Below, piece after piece: positions 23,588 to 33,500 of a stretch of DNA of 64,000 nucleotides. The notes below the pieces were generated by a model. The model saw only the letters and a program-made list of their open reading frames with translations. It was not told the origin of the DNA and searched no databases. This DNA is from a virus. A program made the translations under genes and the position numbers. The DNA is taken from the IMG/VR virus record IMGVR_UViG_3300031841_004047. One strand, 5' to 3'. Positions within the stretch are counted from its first letter, which is position 1; the number at the start of each line of letters is the position of its first letter.

Positions 23588-25648
23588 ATGACCAGTGAAA
23601 ATGATGATCTAATTGATAGAAAGAAAATAGATGGTACGACCGCGGTCGATAACGAGGGAATTACTCAAGATGGATTTGGAGATCCATCCGGTACTTATCC
23701 AGATCCCGGCTACTACTTTCAATCAAGTATAAACAAATCAGTCGTCGGTAGTGAGATAAACAACTTAAGAGTTAATGCCGGTATTCCTGGGATTAACGTA
23801 GCATCTCAGCAAAAAGTCTCTTCACAATATCCACTTAACACGATGATTAAAACTCCAAGGGGACACGTCTTTGAATTAAACGATACTCCAGCTGGTGAGA
23901 GAATTCTTTTGCTTCACAAAGATGGAGCCGGGATTGATATAAGACCAGACGGAAGCGTTATCATAAATTCTAGAGGGAATAGAGTCGATGTATCAAATGG
24001 TGATCATCGTTTAGTCGTTGAGGGTAACGGTAATGTTTCATACTTTGGCAACTTAAACTTAAATGTTTCCGGTGACTATAATGTTACTGTGGGTGGTAAC
24101 TACACCTTAAAGGTATCCGGCAACTACGTTCAAAACATAGTTGGGAGTTTATTTACGACAGTAAACGGTATTTTGAAAGAAGTCGTATCAAAGTCTAAAT
24201 CGGTCATTACACTAGGTGGTTCTACTTTATTCAGTAATGGGAATGTTTCAAACTATGTTAAAGGGCTTTATACTTCAGTTGTGAAAGGTACAGCATCTTA
24301 TAGTCATGGCGGTACTGTTTCAATAACTGCGGAGACAGAATTTGATATTGCATCTAATAACATAAACGTAGTCGGCAATGATGTTACTTTTGCTGGTCAT
24401 ACAGGAACTATAGGCGGTGAGAACGTAATAGCATACGCTAAGAACGCTTACATAGGAAAAACTGTTCATTCGGAAACGGTTCAAACCACCGTTGCTAGAG
24501 CAACTACGTTTCATGGTGATTTAGTGGGTGATGTTAACGGAGTTGCTAAAGGCGCTCTGACCGCAAACTCAGCTCCAAGAAAAGGAGGAGGTGGGCAGAG
24601 TCAAAATGTCACTGTAAACAACACCAAAGCAGATACTACTGCCACAGCCAAACCAACCGTAGCACTGATGGATGACATCTTAAAAAATTCTGAGTTAGGA
24701 GTTAAACTAGTAAAGATTGATGAAGATGGTGGCATATTTAATCAGTATAATAGAAGTGAAGCTTCAGGAGGCTTAACTGAAAGAAAGTTAAGTGCTGTTG
24801 GAGAATGTAGATCTATACTTAAAGACGAGGCAAACTTACAAAACTCAAACTTTATAGCGACAAGTATAAGTGAAGGAATACTAAGTGCTAATTTTGCAAA
24901 TCAATCTCCTCCAAATATTGGTAGACTGAGAAACTCATCTACGACCTCCAGGATAGGTAGAGAAATTATAGGACCTAAGAGCCCAACTAGAAACAATGAT
25001 AAGTATAAGCCAGCCGATGTATCATCCAGATCGACTCAGTTTACGACTCCTCTTGATGCTAAGTTTAACCCAAACAACAGGCAGTCAATAACTCTTAAGA
25101 CTCTACTTGATAAGAATATACCTTTATCAAGATTTACTGGTGCTACTGGAGATAAAGTCACTCTTAACCATATAAGAACTGAAGCGGAAAAGTTTCAGAT
25201 TGCTAGAAACTTCTATGTTCATGCTCAAGTAATCTCAATGTTTAGGAACCTGGATCAGTTTAAAAACTTTAGTATAATGGTAGCCGAGGGCTTATACGTT
25301 AAGGGACCCAATGAAACACCTACTAAAGACAGCTTTAATGATCTGGCTACTACGGGTAGAGCTGTAGCCTATGAGATCTATAACTCGAGTGGAACGTTAT
25401 CTCCGACAGCAATGTTTGATTATGCAGAATTCTTGAAAGATAACTTCCATTACGATAAGCTAGAACTTTCATATGATCAGTTTCACCCAAATCAAAGTCT
25501 ACACTGTCAAATCATTGTTGAGATACCAGCTATTCCTAAAAGTTTTAGTGCTAACTTTAAGATGCAGCTTTCAACAAAGTTTAATGGAAAATCTCAAAGT
25601 GAGTCAGATCTTATTGAAATAACACTTCCAGTAACAGGACCTCAGTAG
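23588..25648 (+). CDS. gp5 C-terminal beta-helix spike with degenerate peptidase M15-like C-terminal domain
   Basis: YP.N....T..GHVFE.NDTP.GERI...H..G, V.GN/V.GD beta-helix repeats; C-terminal GRAV.YEI...YDKLELSYD...H. Confidence 0.75.
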   Translation: MTSENDDLIDRKKIDGTTAVDNEGITQDGFGDPSGTYPDPGYYFQSSINKSVVGSEINNLRVNAGIPGINVASQQKVSSQYPLNTMIKTPRGHVFELNDTPAGERILLLHKDGAGIDIRPDGSVIINSRGNRVDVSNGDHRLVVEGNGNVSYFGNLNLNVSGDYNVTVGGNYTLKVSGNYVQNIVGSLFTTVNGILKEVVSKSKSVITLGGSTLFSNGNVSNYVKGLYTSVVKGTASYSHGGTVSITAETEFDIASNNINVVGNDVTFAGHTGTIGGENVIAYAKNAYIGKTVHSETVQTTVARATTFHGDLVGDVNGVAKGALTANSAPRKGGGGQSQNVTVNNTKADTTATAKPTVALMDDILKNSELGVKLVKIDEDGGIFNQYNRSEASGGLTERKLSAVGECRSILKDEANLQNSNFIATSISEGILSANFANQSPPNIGRLRNSSTTSRIGREIIGPKSPTRNNDKYKPADVSSRSTQFTTPLDAKFNPNNRQSITLKTLLDKNIPLSRFTGATGDKVTLNHIRTEAEKFQIARNFYVHAQVISMFRNLDQFKNFSIMVAEGLYVKGPNETPTKDSFNDLATTGRAVAYEIYNSSGTLSPTAMFDYAEFLKDNFHYDKLELSYDQFHPNQSLHCQIIVEIPAIPKSFSANFKMQLSTKFNGKSQSESDLIEITLPVTGPQ

Positions 25649-25653
25649 TTCTT

Positions 25654-25661
25654 TATAAATA
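25654..25661 (+). promoter_or_regulatory. T4 late promoter TATAAATA
   Basis: Exact consensus upstream of gp25. Confidence 0.8.
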
Positions 25662-25686
25662 CTAACATATATTTAGAAGGTAACCA

Positions 25687-26160
25687 ATGGCTTTAACAAG
25701 AACATTTTCAGAAGAAGACGGAAACTTAGCTTCGTCTCTTGTTACTTCTCGAATACATAAGAGCAGTGACATTAATCTTCTTTTTAAATCAAAAAGAATT
25801 GCCAGCGGTACATCCGAATCAGAGTGGCGTGGGGACATATATAAGACTTTTGATGCGGCGGCAGTAAAGCAGTCCGTAAAAAATATAATTATGACAAATT
25901 TTGGTGAGAAACCATTCAATTTTGGCTTTGGTGCCGACATAGTCGCATACTTATTTGAACTAACAGATGATGAGACTGAAAACGATATAAAGGTATCGAT
26001 TGAAGAAGCGATTGAGATTTATGAACCAAGAGCGGAAATTTTAGACATACAGTGTAGAGTAGTCCCCGATCAAAACTCAATAACTGTTACTATAAAGTTT
26101 AAAATAGTTAATTCTTTAGAAGTAGTAGTTCTTGAAACACAGATAGCAAGGTTAAGATAG
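25687..26160 (+). CDS. gp25: baseplate wedge subunit gp25
   Basis: AVKQSVKNII.TN.GEKPF...FG..I...LFE, I..YEPRA. Confidence 0.93.
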   Translation: MALTRTFSEEDGNLASSLVTSRIHKSSDINLLFKSKRIASGTSESEWRGDIYKTFDAAAVKQSVKNIIMTNFGEKPFNFGFGADIVAYLFELTDDETENDIKVSIEEAIEIYEPRAEILDIQCRVVPDQNSITVTIKFKIVNSLEVVVLETQIARLR

Positions 26161-28053
26161 ATGGCAACAAATATACAGTCTACAAAACTGGACTTTAATA
26201 ACATAAAAAATAGACTTAAAGCTTATTTTAAAAATAAAGATGAGTTTAACGACTATGATTTTGAAGGGTCTGGATTGAGCAACATACTAGATGTTTTGGC
26301 ATATAATACTCACATTAATGGGTTGGTAAGTAACTTTGCTACTAACGAATCTTTCTTGCATACGGCTCAGTTAAGATCCTCCATGATAGGTCATGCCGAA
26401 AACTTAGGTCTTGATATTAGATCAAAGACCGCAGCTCAAGCAACGGTCAGGTTACAAGTCAATGCTCAGGAACAGGTTAATAGACCAGCTAGCATAGTTC
26501 TTCCTCAATATACTGTTTTTACTGGAAGTAATAGCGAATCTACTCATAGCTTTTTAACGTTGAAGAAGTATACTGCTTCGGATGATGGAACTGGAATTTA
26601 TAAGTTTATGGATGAAGATTCTAATGAAGATATTATCATTCATCAAGGAAAGATAAAAACAAAAACATTTTATGTTGGTCAAGTATCAGAAAGTCAAGTC
26701 TTTATAATTACTGATAAGACCATAGATACTTCAACAGCAGTAGTAAAGGTCTTCCCTTCTCCGGAGTCTACTAGCTTCATAGAATATACGCCTCTTAATA
26801 AAGCTATTAAAGTATCTTCAACTTCTATGTATTATACTTTAAGGGAAGTTCCAAACGGAAACTATGAACTTAATTTTGGAGACGGAGTAACTTTTGGTCA
26901 AACTCCGCCGACAGGTTCAAGAGTAGAAGTTGATTATTTGTCAACCGAAGCAAGTCTTGGTAACGGAGCAACTTCTTTTACTACTAGCGCTAGTTTCGCT
27001 ATGCCTGGAACGAAACCCTTAATCGTTCAGGCCAGATCAGCTGCGGTTGGAGGAGCTGAACCTGATTCCATTGAAAGAATAAGACAACTCGCACCTCAAG
27101 CCTTCGCTACTCAACAGAGATTGGTTACTACTGAAGATTATAAGTCCATGATACTGAGTAAGTTTAGTACAGTAAGTGATGTAGCGGTGTGGGGAGGTGA
27201 GCAGAATACACCCGTAGAATACGGAAAAGTTTTCATATCTCTTCTGTTTAATGATGGAATAAGTCAGAATAGTAAAGAAGCTATTAAAACTCAGATTAGA
27301 TCAAACTTTACTGATCAGCTTTCTATAATGTCGATCACTCCGGTGTTCGTAGATCCAGTTGAGCTATACTTGAATCTTGGTATAGAATTCAACTACAACC
27401 CAGATCTAACGGGTTACACATTAAATGCTTTAGAATCAAGATTAACTACTGAAGTACTAAGACATTTTTCTGAAGAGATCGGTTCATTTGGTGAAGTCTT
27501 TAGAAGATCTCAACTTCTTTCAGATGTGGATGCATTCGATGATTCCATACTTTCATCTAAGACTACGGTTGAGATGGAACTAAGATTAACACCTACTTTA
27601 AATACTGCTCAATCATACATACTTTACTACCCGGCCGCCATACAATCAGCTGCTGGAGAGCTAGTAAGACTGGAATCATTTAGTTCTGAAGATCTATTGA
27701 AGCAAGACATCGCACGCATAGAAAGCAGCACTTTTACTCATGATGGAATTTCAGGAAAATGTAAGATAATAAACAGATCAAGATCAAACATCCTTGAGGT
27801 AATCAATATAGATAACAACAATAAAGTTGAGATTGATAACATAGGTTCTTATAACGAATCAACTGGAACAGTTTCATTGAATAACTTTTATCCAGTAAAC
27901 ATTATTAGTCCAGTTAACTACATAACATTCATGGCTAAACCTAGAGATGAATCAATCATTAGAACATTAAGAAATTATGTTATCAGATATAATACAAACA
28001 AATCTTTCATAAGCGGAAGTGTAGATAGAGAAACGTTAAGAGTATCCTTATAA
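26161..28053 (+). CDS. gp6: baseplate wedge subunit gp6
   Basis: LDF..IK..LK.Y......F.DYDFEGSGLS.ILDVLAYNTH, NESFL.TAQLRSS, FGDG..G, Q.RLVT..DY, YGKVFIS. Confidence 0.95.
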   Translation: MATNIQSTKLDFNNIKNRLKAYFKNKDEFNDYDFEGSGLSNILDVLAYNTHINGLVSNFATNESFLHTAQLRSSMIGHAENLGLDIRSKTAAQATVRLQVNAQEQVNRPASIVLPQYTVFTGSNSESTHSFLTLKKYTASDDGTGIYKFMDEDSNEDIIIHQGKIKTKTFYVGQVSESQVFIITDKTIDTSTAVVKVFPSPESTSFIEYTPLNKAIKVSSTSMYYTLREVPNGNYELNFGDGVTFGQTPPTGSRVEVDYLSTEASLGNGATSFTTSASFAMPGTKPLIVQARSAAVGGAEPDSIERIRQLAPQAFATQQRLVTTEDYKSMILSKFSTVSDVAVWGGEQNTPVEYGKVFISLLFNDGISQNSKEAIKTQIRSNFTDQLSIMSITPVFVDPVELYLNLGIEFNYNPDLTGYTLNALESRLTTEVLRHFSEEIGSFGEVFRRSQLLSDVDAFDDSILSSKTTVEMELRLTPTLNTAQSYILYYPAAIQSAAGELVRLESFSSEDLLKQDIARIESSTFTHDGISGKCKIINRSRSNILEVINIDNNNKVEIDNIGSYNESTGTVSLNNFYPVNIISPVNYITFMAKPRDESIIRTLRNYVIRYNTNKSFISGSVDRETLRVSL

Positions 28054-29141
28054 TGCCGGTAAATAATAATTTTGATAGATTAGACTTACAGATAGGACTT
28101 GAACGTAACCTCGTTAAAGAGGTTCTTCCGTATTACTTCAGGACCGACTACCCCAATCTTATAACTTTTTTAGAAGGATACTATGAGTTTCTAGAAAGCG
28201 AAGATGAGTTTGGAGCTTTAATTCATGATCTTTATCAAATAAGAGATATCGAAACAAATAACTTAAAATTTTTAGATAATATGTTTAAGGAATATGCTTT
28301 CGGTTTATCTCAATCTTTTTTTACTAATCCAAGAGAAAGCATAAGAAATTTTGCTAGATTCTTTAGAGTAAAGGGTACAAAGTATTCGGCCGAGGGTTTT
28401 TTTAGAGCTTTCTTTGATGAAGAAGTCGAAGTAGAATACCCAAAAAATAGTCTGTTTATTCTAAACGAATCAGAAATCGGAGTAGATTCTAGAAAAATTT
28501 TACAAGACGGTGCTGCTTATCAAGTATTGTCAGTATTAATTAAAGCACCTCTATCCTTTCAAACTTGGGAGGAACTATATAGAAAGTTTGTTCACCCAAC
28601 AGGTTTCTTTTTATCTAATGAAGTAGTGATAGTCGCATCTCAAAGTAACCCTATATCAGCGGGTCCAACTACCATAAATGAATCAGACGGTCATATTCTT
28701 ATTACTGATCAATTTACTAATCTGGTTACTACGATTTATACGGATCCAACTATTCTTGCTAACATGGGATCAGTAGCATACAGAAGAGATATAGAAGGAA
28801 ACTATATAACTTACAATGATTCTTATGGCTACTTTAGGTTTCAAGAAAGTGATACTAGCTACACTGATTTAGATGCTGGAAGTAATCAGGTTTTCGTTGC
28901 TCGTTTAGATCCCGATCAAACTGTAAGAATATACAAAGATTTCAGTATACCTTATCTTGAGACAAAATATTCAAGCATCTACAACTGGATACAAGAAACA
29001 TCACATACTCTTGATAATACTATGATTGAACGTAGAAACCCATCTTCCGGAGACTTCCACTCTATCGACTTGTCAAGTACTCTTGAAGAGATCTCACAAG
29101 ATTTATATGATTCAAATTTCACCGGTGCTTTTGGATCTTAG
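28053..29141 (+). CDS. gp7: baseplate wedge subunit gp7-like (short)
   Basis: YP....FL..YYEFL, F.R.KGT..S...FFR.FF, E.PK..LF, Y...VHP.GF. Confidence 0.75.
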   Translation: MPVNNNFDRLDLQIGLERNLVKEVLPYYFRTDYPNLITFLEGYYEFLESEDEFGALIHDLYQIRDIETNNLKFLDNMFKEYAFGLSQSFFTNPRESIRNFARFFRVKGTKYSAEGFFRAFFDEEVEVEYPKNSLFILNESEIGVDSRKILQDGAAYQVLSVLIKAPLSFQTWEELYRKFVHPTGFFLSNEVVIVASQSNPISAGPTTINESDGHILITDQFTNLVTTIYTDPTILANMGSVAYRRDIEGNYITYNDSYGYFRFQESDTSYTDLDAGSNQVFVARLDPDQTVRIYKDFSIPYLETKYSSIYNWIQETSHTLDNTMIERRNPSSGDFHSIDLSSTLEEISQDLYDSNFTGAFGS

Positions 29142-29150
29142 TAAAAACTA

Positions 29151-29158
29151 TATAAATA
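29151..29158 (+). promoter_or_regulatory. T4 late promoter TATAAATA
   Basis: Exact consensus upstream of gp8. Confidence 0.8.
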
Positions 29159-29184
29159 ATACAACAAAACAATAGGACTCCGTC

Positions 29185-30552
29185 ATGGGAACAATTATAA
29201 CCGATAATTTTAAATTAGAAATGGTGAAAAGTTTAGTGTCTCATTTTAATAATGTAGACAATAACATTTATATTGGTGTGGGTAAATCCGAGCCCTGGAA
29301 TGATTCTAGTGATGCGGCACCTGTTCCATTGAATAATGAGAAAGAAATCAGAAATTTTAGAAATGGTCTTCAATCCATTAAAAAAGTTTTTGCTGTTTCA
29401 GGAGTTATTCCAAGAGTAAACTGGACAAGTGGAACGGTCTATAGCCAGTATGATGATACTCAAATTGGTAGACCATCTCCTCCTAATTACGTGATGAATA
29501 CCAATCATCATGTCTATATGTGTTTGAGAACCGGAAGAAATAAAAAGGGTGAAACAGTAGTTTCTACCGTTATGCCTACTAACTCAAACAATGATCCTTT
29601 TGAAACTGCTGATGGATACGTATGGAAGTTTTTGTACACTATTAGTGCTCTTGAGGCAGACCAGTTTCTAACTGCTAGCTTTATGCCAACAAGATATATC
29701 ACTTCAGTCGATTCAAATTCAAGTGGAGTGGAACTTAAGCAGCATGAGATTCAAAGAACTGCTAGACCGGGTAGGATTACTTCATTCGTGATGGAATCAG
29801 GAGGAATCGGCTACGATTCAAATGATCCGCCTACAGTTCTTCTTGTAAAAGGTAATGGTGATTCATCACATGTAGTATCAGTCTTTATTGAATCAGGAAG
29901 AATCACGAAACTAGAAATGGATGCTGATTCAAGTACTCTGGCTTACGGTGATGGTTATGAAGAAGGTGTAGATGTTGTAATTACTGGTGGAGTAGGATCC
30001 GGAGCAATCGCAAGAGCGGTGATCTCTCCTGCTCAAGGTATTGGCTACAACGCTATGGCCGATCTAAAAACAGACGCATTTGCTATGCATGTTAAAATAG
30101 AGGGTGGTGATCAAGATTTTATCGTTGGGAATGATTTTAGACAAATTGGAATCATCGCTAATCCAAAGAAGAATCAGGCTATAGATTCAGACTTTACTGA
30201 TCAAACTGGAACACTTCTAAGAGCCATGAAGTTGAACAATGTTTCATACGTCTTTACAACTGATAATAGAATAAAAGCTGTTACTGGAACTCAAGCAGAA
30301 GCGTTTGTTGATAGATATAATGATTCAGATAAAATACTTTACTACCACCAAACACCTGCAACTGGATTCATAAACTTTGATTCAAATGACGTGATTGATG
30401 AAGTAGATGGAAACGGTCTTGGTAACTTTGAAAATCACATCATACCTGAGGTTAAACCTTTCACGGGTGATGTATTATACATAAACAATAGAGCTTCGAT
30501 TATAAGGTCCTCTACTCAAACAGAAGACGTTAAAATAATCCTTCAACTATAA
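29185..30552 (+). CDS. gp8: baseplate wedge subunit gp8
   Basis: IPRVNWTSGTVY.QYDD, YV.N....VY.CL, F.TADGYVWKFLYTI, DFRQIGII.NP, GD.LY..NR..I.R...Q.ED.KII. Confidence 0.92.
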   Translation: MGTIITDNFKLEMVKSLVSHFNNVDNNIYIGVGKSEPWNDSSDAAPVPLNNEKEIRNFRNGLQSIKKVFAVSGVIPRVNWTSGTVYSQYDDTQIGRPSPPNYVMNTNHHVYMCLRTGRNKKGETVVSTVMPTNSNNDPFETADGYVWKFLYTISALEADQFLTASFMPTRYITSVDSNSSGVELKQHEIQRTARPGRITSFVMESGGIGYDSNDPPTVLLVKGNGDSSHVVSVFIESGRITKLEMDADSSTLAYGDGYEEGVDVVITGGVGSGAIARAVISPAQGIGYNAMADLKTDAFAMHVKIEGGDQDFIVGNDFRQIGIIANPKKNQAIDSDFTDQTGTLLRAMKLNNVSYVFTTDNRIKAVTGTQAEAFVDRYNDSDKILYYHQTPATGFINFDSNDVIDEVDGNGLGNFENHIIPEVKPFTGDVLYINNRASIIRSSTQTEDVKIILQL

Positions 30553-30561
30553 GAGTGTTAC

Positions 30562-33500
30562 ATGCCAATTAAGTTTTCAAAAGATATATTAAAAACTCGC
30601 TACAAGGATGATTTTAACGAGGACGATAACTATCATCGTATATTGTTCAATCCTCGTAAAGCTTTACAAGCTAGAGAGCTTACTCAGCTTCAAACTATTA
30701 TCCAAAAAGAAATAGAAAGATTTGGGAAAAATATATTTAAGGAAGGAGCATCTGTATCACCATCTGGTATAGTAATCGATGAGAAATATGAATATATTAA
30801 AATTGATGAAGTTTCAGTACCTGGAACCGCTGTTGGCGATGAGATCTTTACGGCTCAAACTTCAGGCTTAAAGTTTCAGATTGTTGAATCGGTTAATCAG
30901 AATACGGACCTGGGTCTTGATGCTACACTTTATGTCAGATACATCAATAGCTCAAATCATATACCTTCAGCAACTCCCGCAAGAGTATTAGACGGAGAAC
31001 AGCTTCAAGGTACCAATAACGTATTTAACTCAAAGTCTATAAACGCGACTGGATCAGGATGTAAGATAAGTATTGGTGAAGGAGACTTCTTTATCGGTGG
31101 TCTGTTTGTTCATGCTCCAGCTCAGTCTTTAATTATCTCAAACTATGATTCATCCAAAACCACAACTGTTGGGTTTAAAATTTCTCAAGAATTAATTACT
31201 CCTGATGATGATATTAACTTATTTGATAATCAGGGAGCCACACCCAACATTTCTGCTCCAGGTGCTGATAGATTAAAAATAAATCTTGAGCTAACTACTA
31301 AAGACAAAGTTACTGATAACTCACCGTTTGTCTTTATAGCCGATGTTAAAAACTCGGTAGTTGTTCATAGAGCAGAGGGTCATAGTGATTACAATAAGAT
31401 AAATGACGTATTGGCGGAAAGAACTAAAGAAGAAGCCGGAAACTATATAACACAGCCGTTTCTTATTTCTTTCGACTCAACAGATGCATCAAACTTAACT
31501 ATGAGTGTAAGTGATGGTACGGCCTATGTTAACGGATATAGAGCCGATAGACCAGTTCCATCAAAAATTGCTGTAGAAAGATCTCAGTCAACTAAAAGTT
31601 TTAGTGGAGAAAATGTTCCTGTTTCATTCGGAAACTATATAATAGTTCAAGATGATGGATATAAGGGTCTTCCTGATCTTGCTAATTTTAGTAAAGTAAC
31701 TATTTCAAGTAATAACTTAAACATTAGTTCTCCGATAGGAACTTGTAGAGTAAGATCTATCGATACTATAGCAAACACAAATCCGGTTGAAAAAAGAGTT
31801 TACATCTTTGATATCGTTATGACTGCAGGTCAAAGTTTCAGATCAGCAAAAAGTATTGGAGTAGGATCAAACTTTTTCGCAAAGATTAAAACCGAAGATG
31901 TTGGAGGAACTCAGGTTGCTATCTTGAAAGAAGCAAGTAATAACGCATTACTTTTTGATCTTCCAAAAATAAGACCTCAGTCATTAAGCAGTGTCGCATA
32001 TCAAGTACAAAGGTACTACAGCTCACAAGCCACGGGCGGTAGCGGTATACTTAATCTTGCTACCGGATCTGGAAACGATACTTTCGCAAATTCAACGGAA
32101 TGGCTATTCTTTAGATCAGATGACGGTACACCGTTAACTGTTATAGGAACTCCATCGGTTGGTGGAACGAGTACCTCGATAACCTTTTCTGGAATCTCAA
32201 CTTCAGGTGTAAATATTGATGCATTAGTCGTAGTTCAAAAAACCAATGTTCTTCACGCATCTAAAACATTGACAAGATATCCAGTTTCTGGCAGACAAGA
32301 TATATCTCAGTCTACGGATGATGAAGGAAATGTTGTCTTTATGCTTAATAAATCTGATGTGTATGAAATGCTTGAAATTACGGATGCTACTTCAGATAAA
32401 AATGATATCTCAGACTACTTTATTTTTGATAATGGTCAAAGGGATGGTTTCTATGAACAAAGCCGTCTTATTTTAAAAAGTGGTTATACAAATCCTCAAA
32501 ATATACAAGTAGCCTTTAATTATTTCCAGTATGAAGGGCAGGGAACTGGTCATTACTTCTCTTCACAGTCATACGTAAATGTTCCCTACAATAAAGTTCC
32601 GAAATATATTACTTCTACTGGAAAAGAAGTTGATCTAAGAAATGTTCTTGATTTCAGGCCGTTAAAATCAGACATAGATAGTGATAACGACGATGCCGCT
32701 TTCACGAATGGCAGAAGATTTCTTCTTCCTCCAAACTCAGAAGTAATAAATGCTGATATAACATATTACCAATCAAGAAACGATAAGATAGTTATAGATC
32801 AAGATGGAATCATAAAGGTAGTTAAAGGTGTTCCAGCTCTGACTCCCAAGTTTCCAGATACACCAAACGGTACCCTATTGCTATACAAAACAAAATTAAA
32901 TCCTTATACCGATGATGGAGAAGACGTATCCTTTGATATGATAGAAACTAAGGGATACACCATGAAAGAGATCGGTAAGATAGAAAAAAGGATTGAAAAA
33001 CTAGAAGAGATTCAAAATTTAAGTATGCTTGAACTCGATACCAACAAAATGGTTATAGCTGATTCATCAGGTACAGATAGGATTAAATCAGGATTTATAG
33101 TAGATAACTTCATTGATCAGTCTAATTCTAGGTATAACAATGATGAGTATAGAGCTTCAATAGATCCTAGTACCTTTACTCTTCATCCGCCATTTTATCA
33201 AGACAATGTCGGTCTAATTTTTGACTCAACGGACGCTGATACATCTGACGTTGTTTTAAGAGGAGACAACATATACTTGAGTTATACCGATTTAGATTAT
33301 GTCGTACAAGATCAAGCTTCATCTGAACATACAGTAAACTCATTCAATGCTTTTCAAAATAACGGCAGTATAACTTTATCACCATCTTCTGATGAGTGGT
33401 TTGATAACAGAGATGCCGGTAAGAAAGTTATTAAAGGTACAAATAGATTATCTAACAAACCAGATCAACTCTGGAACAGCTGGAAATGGAACTGGATCGG

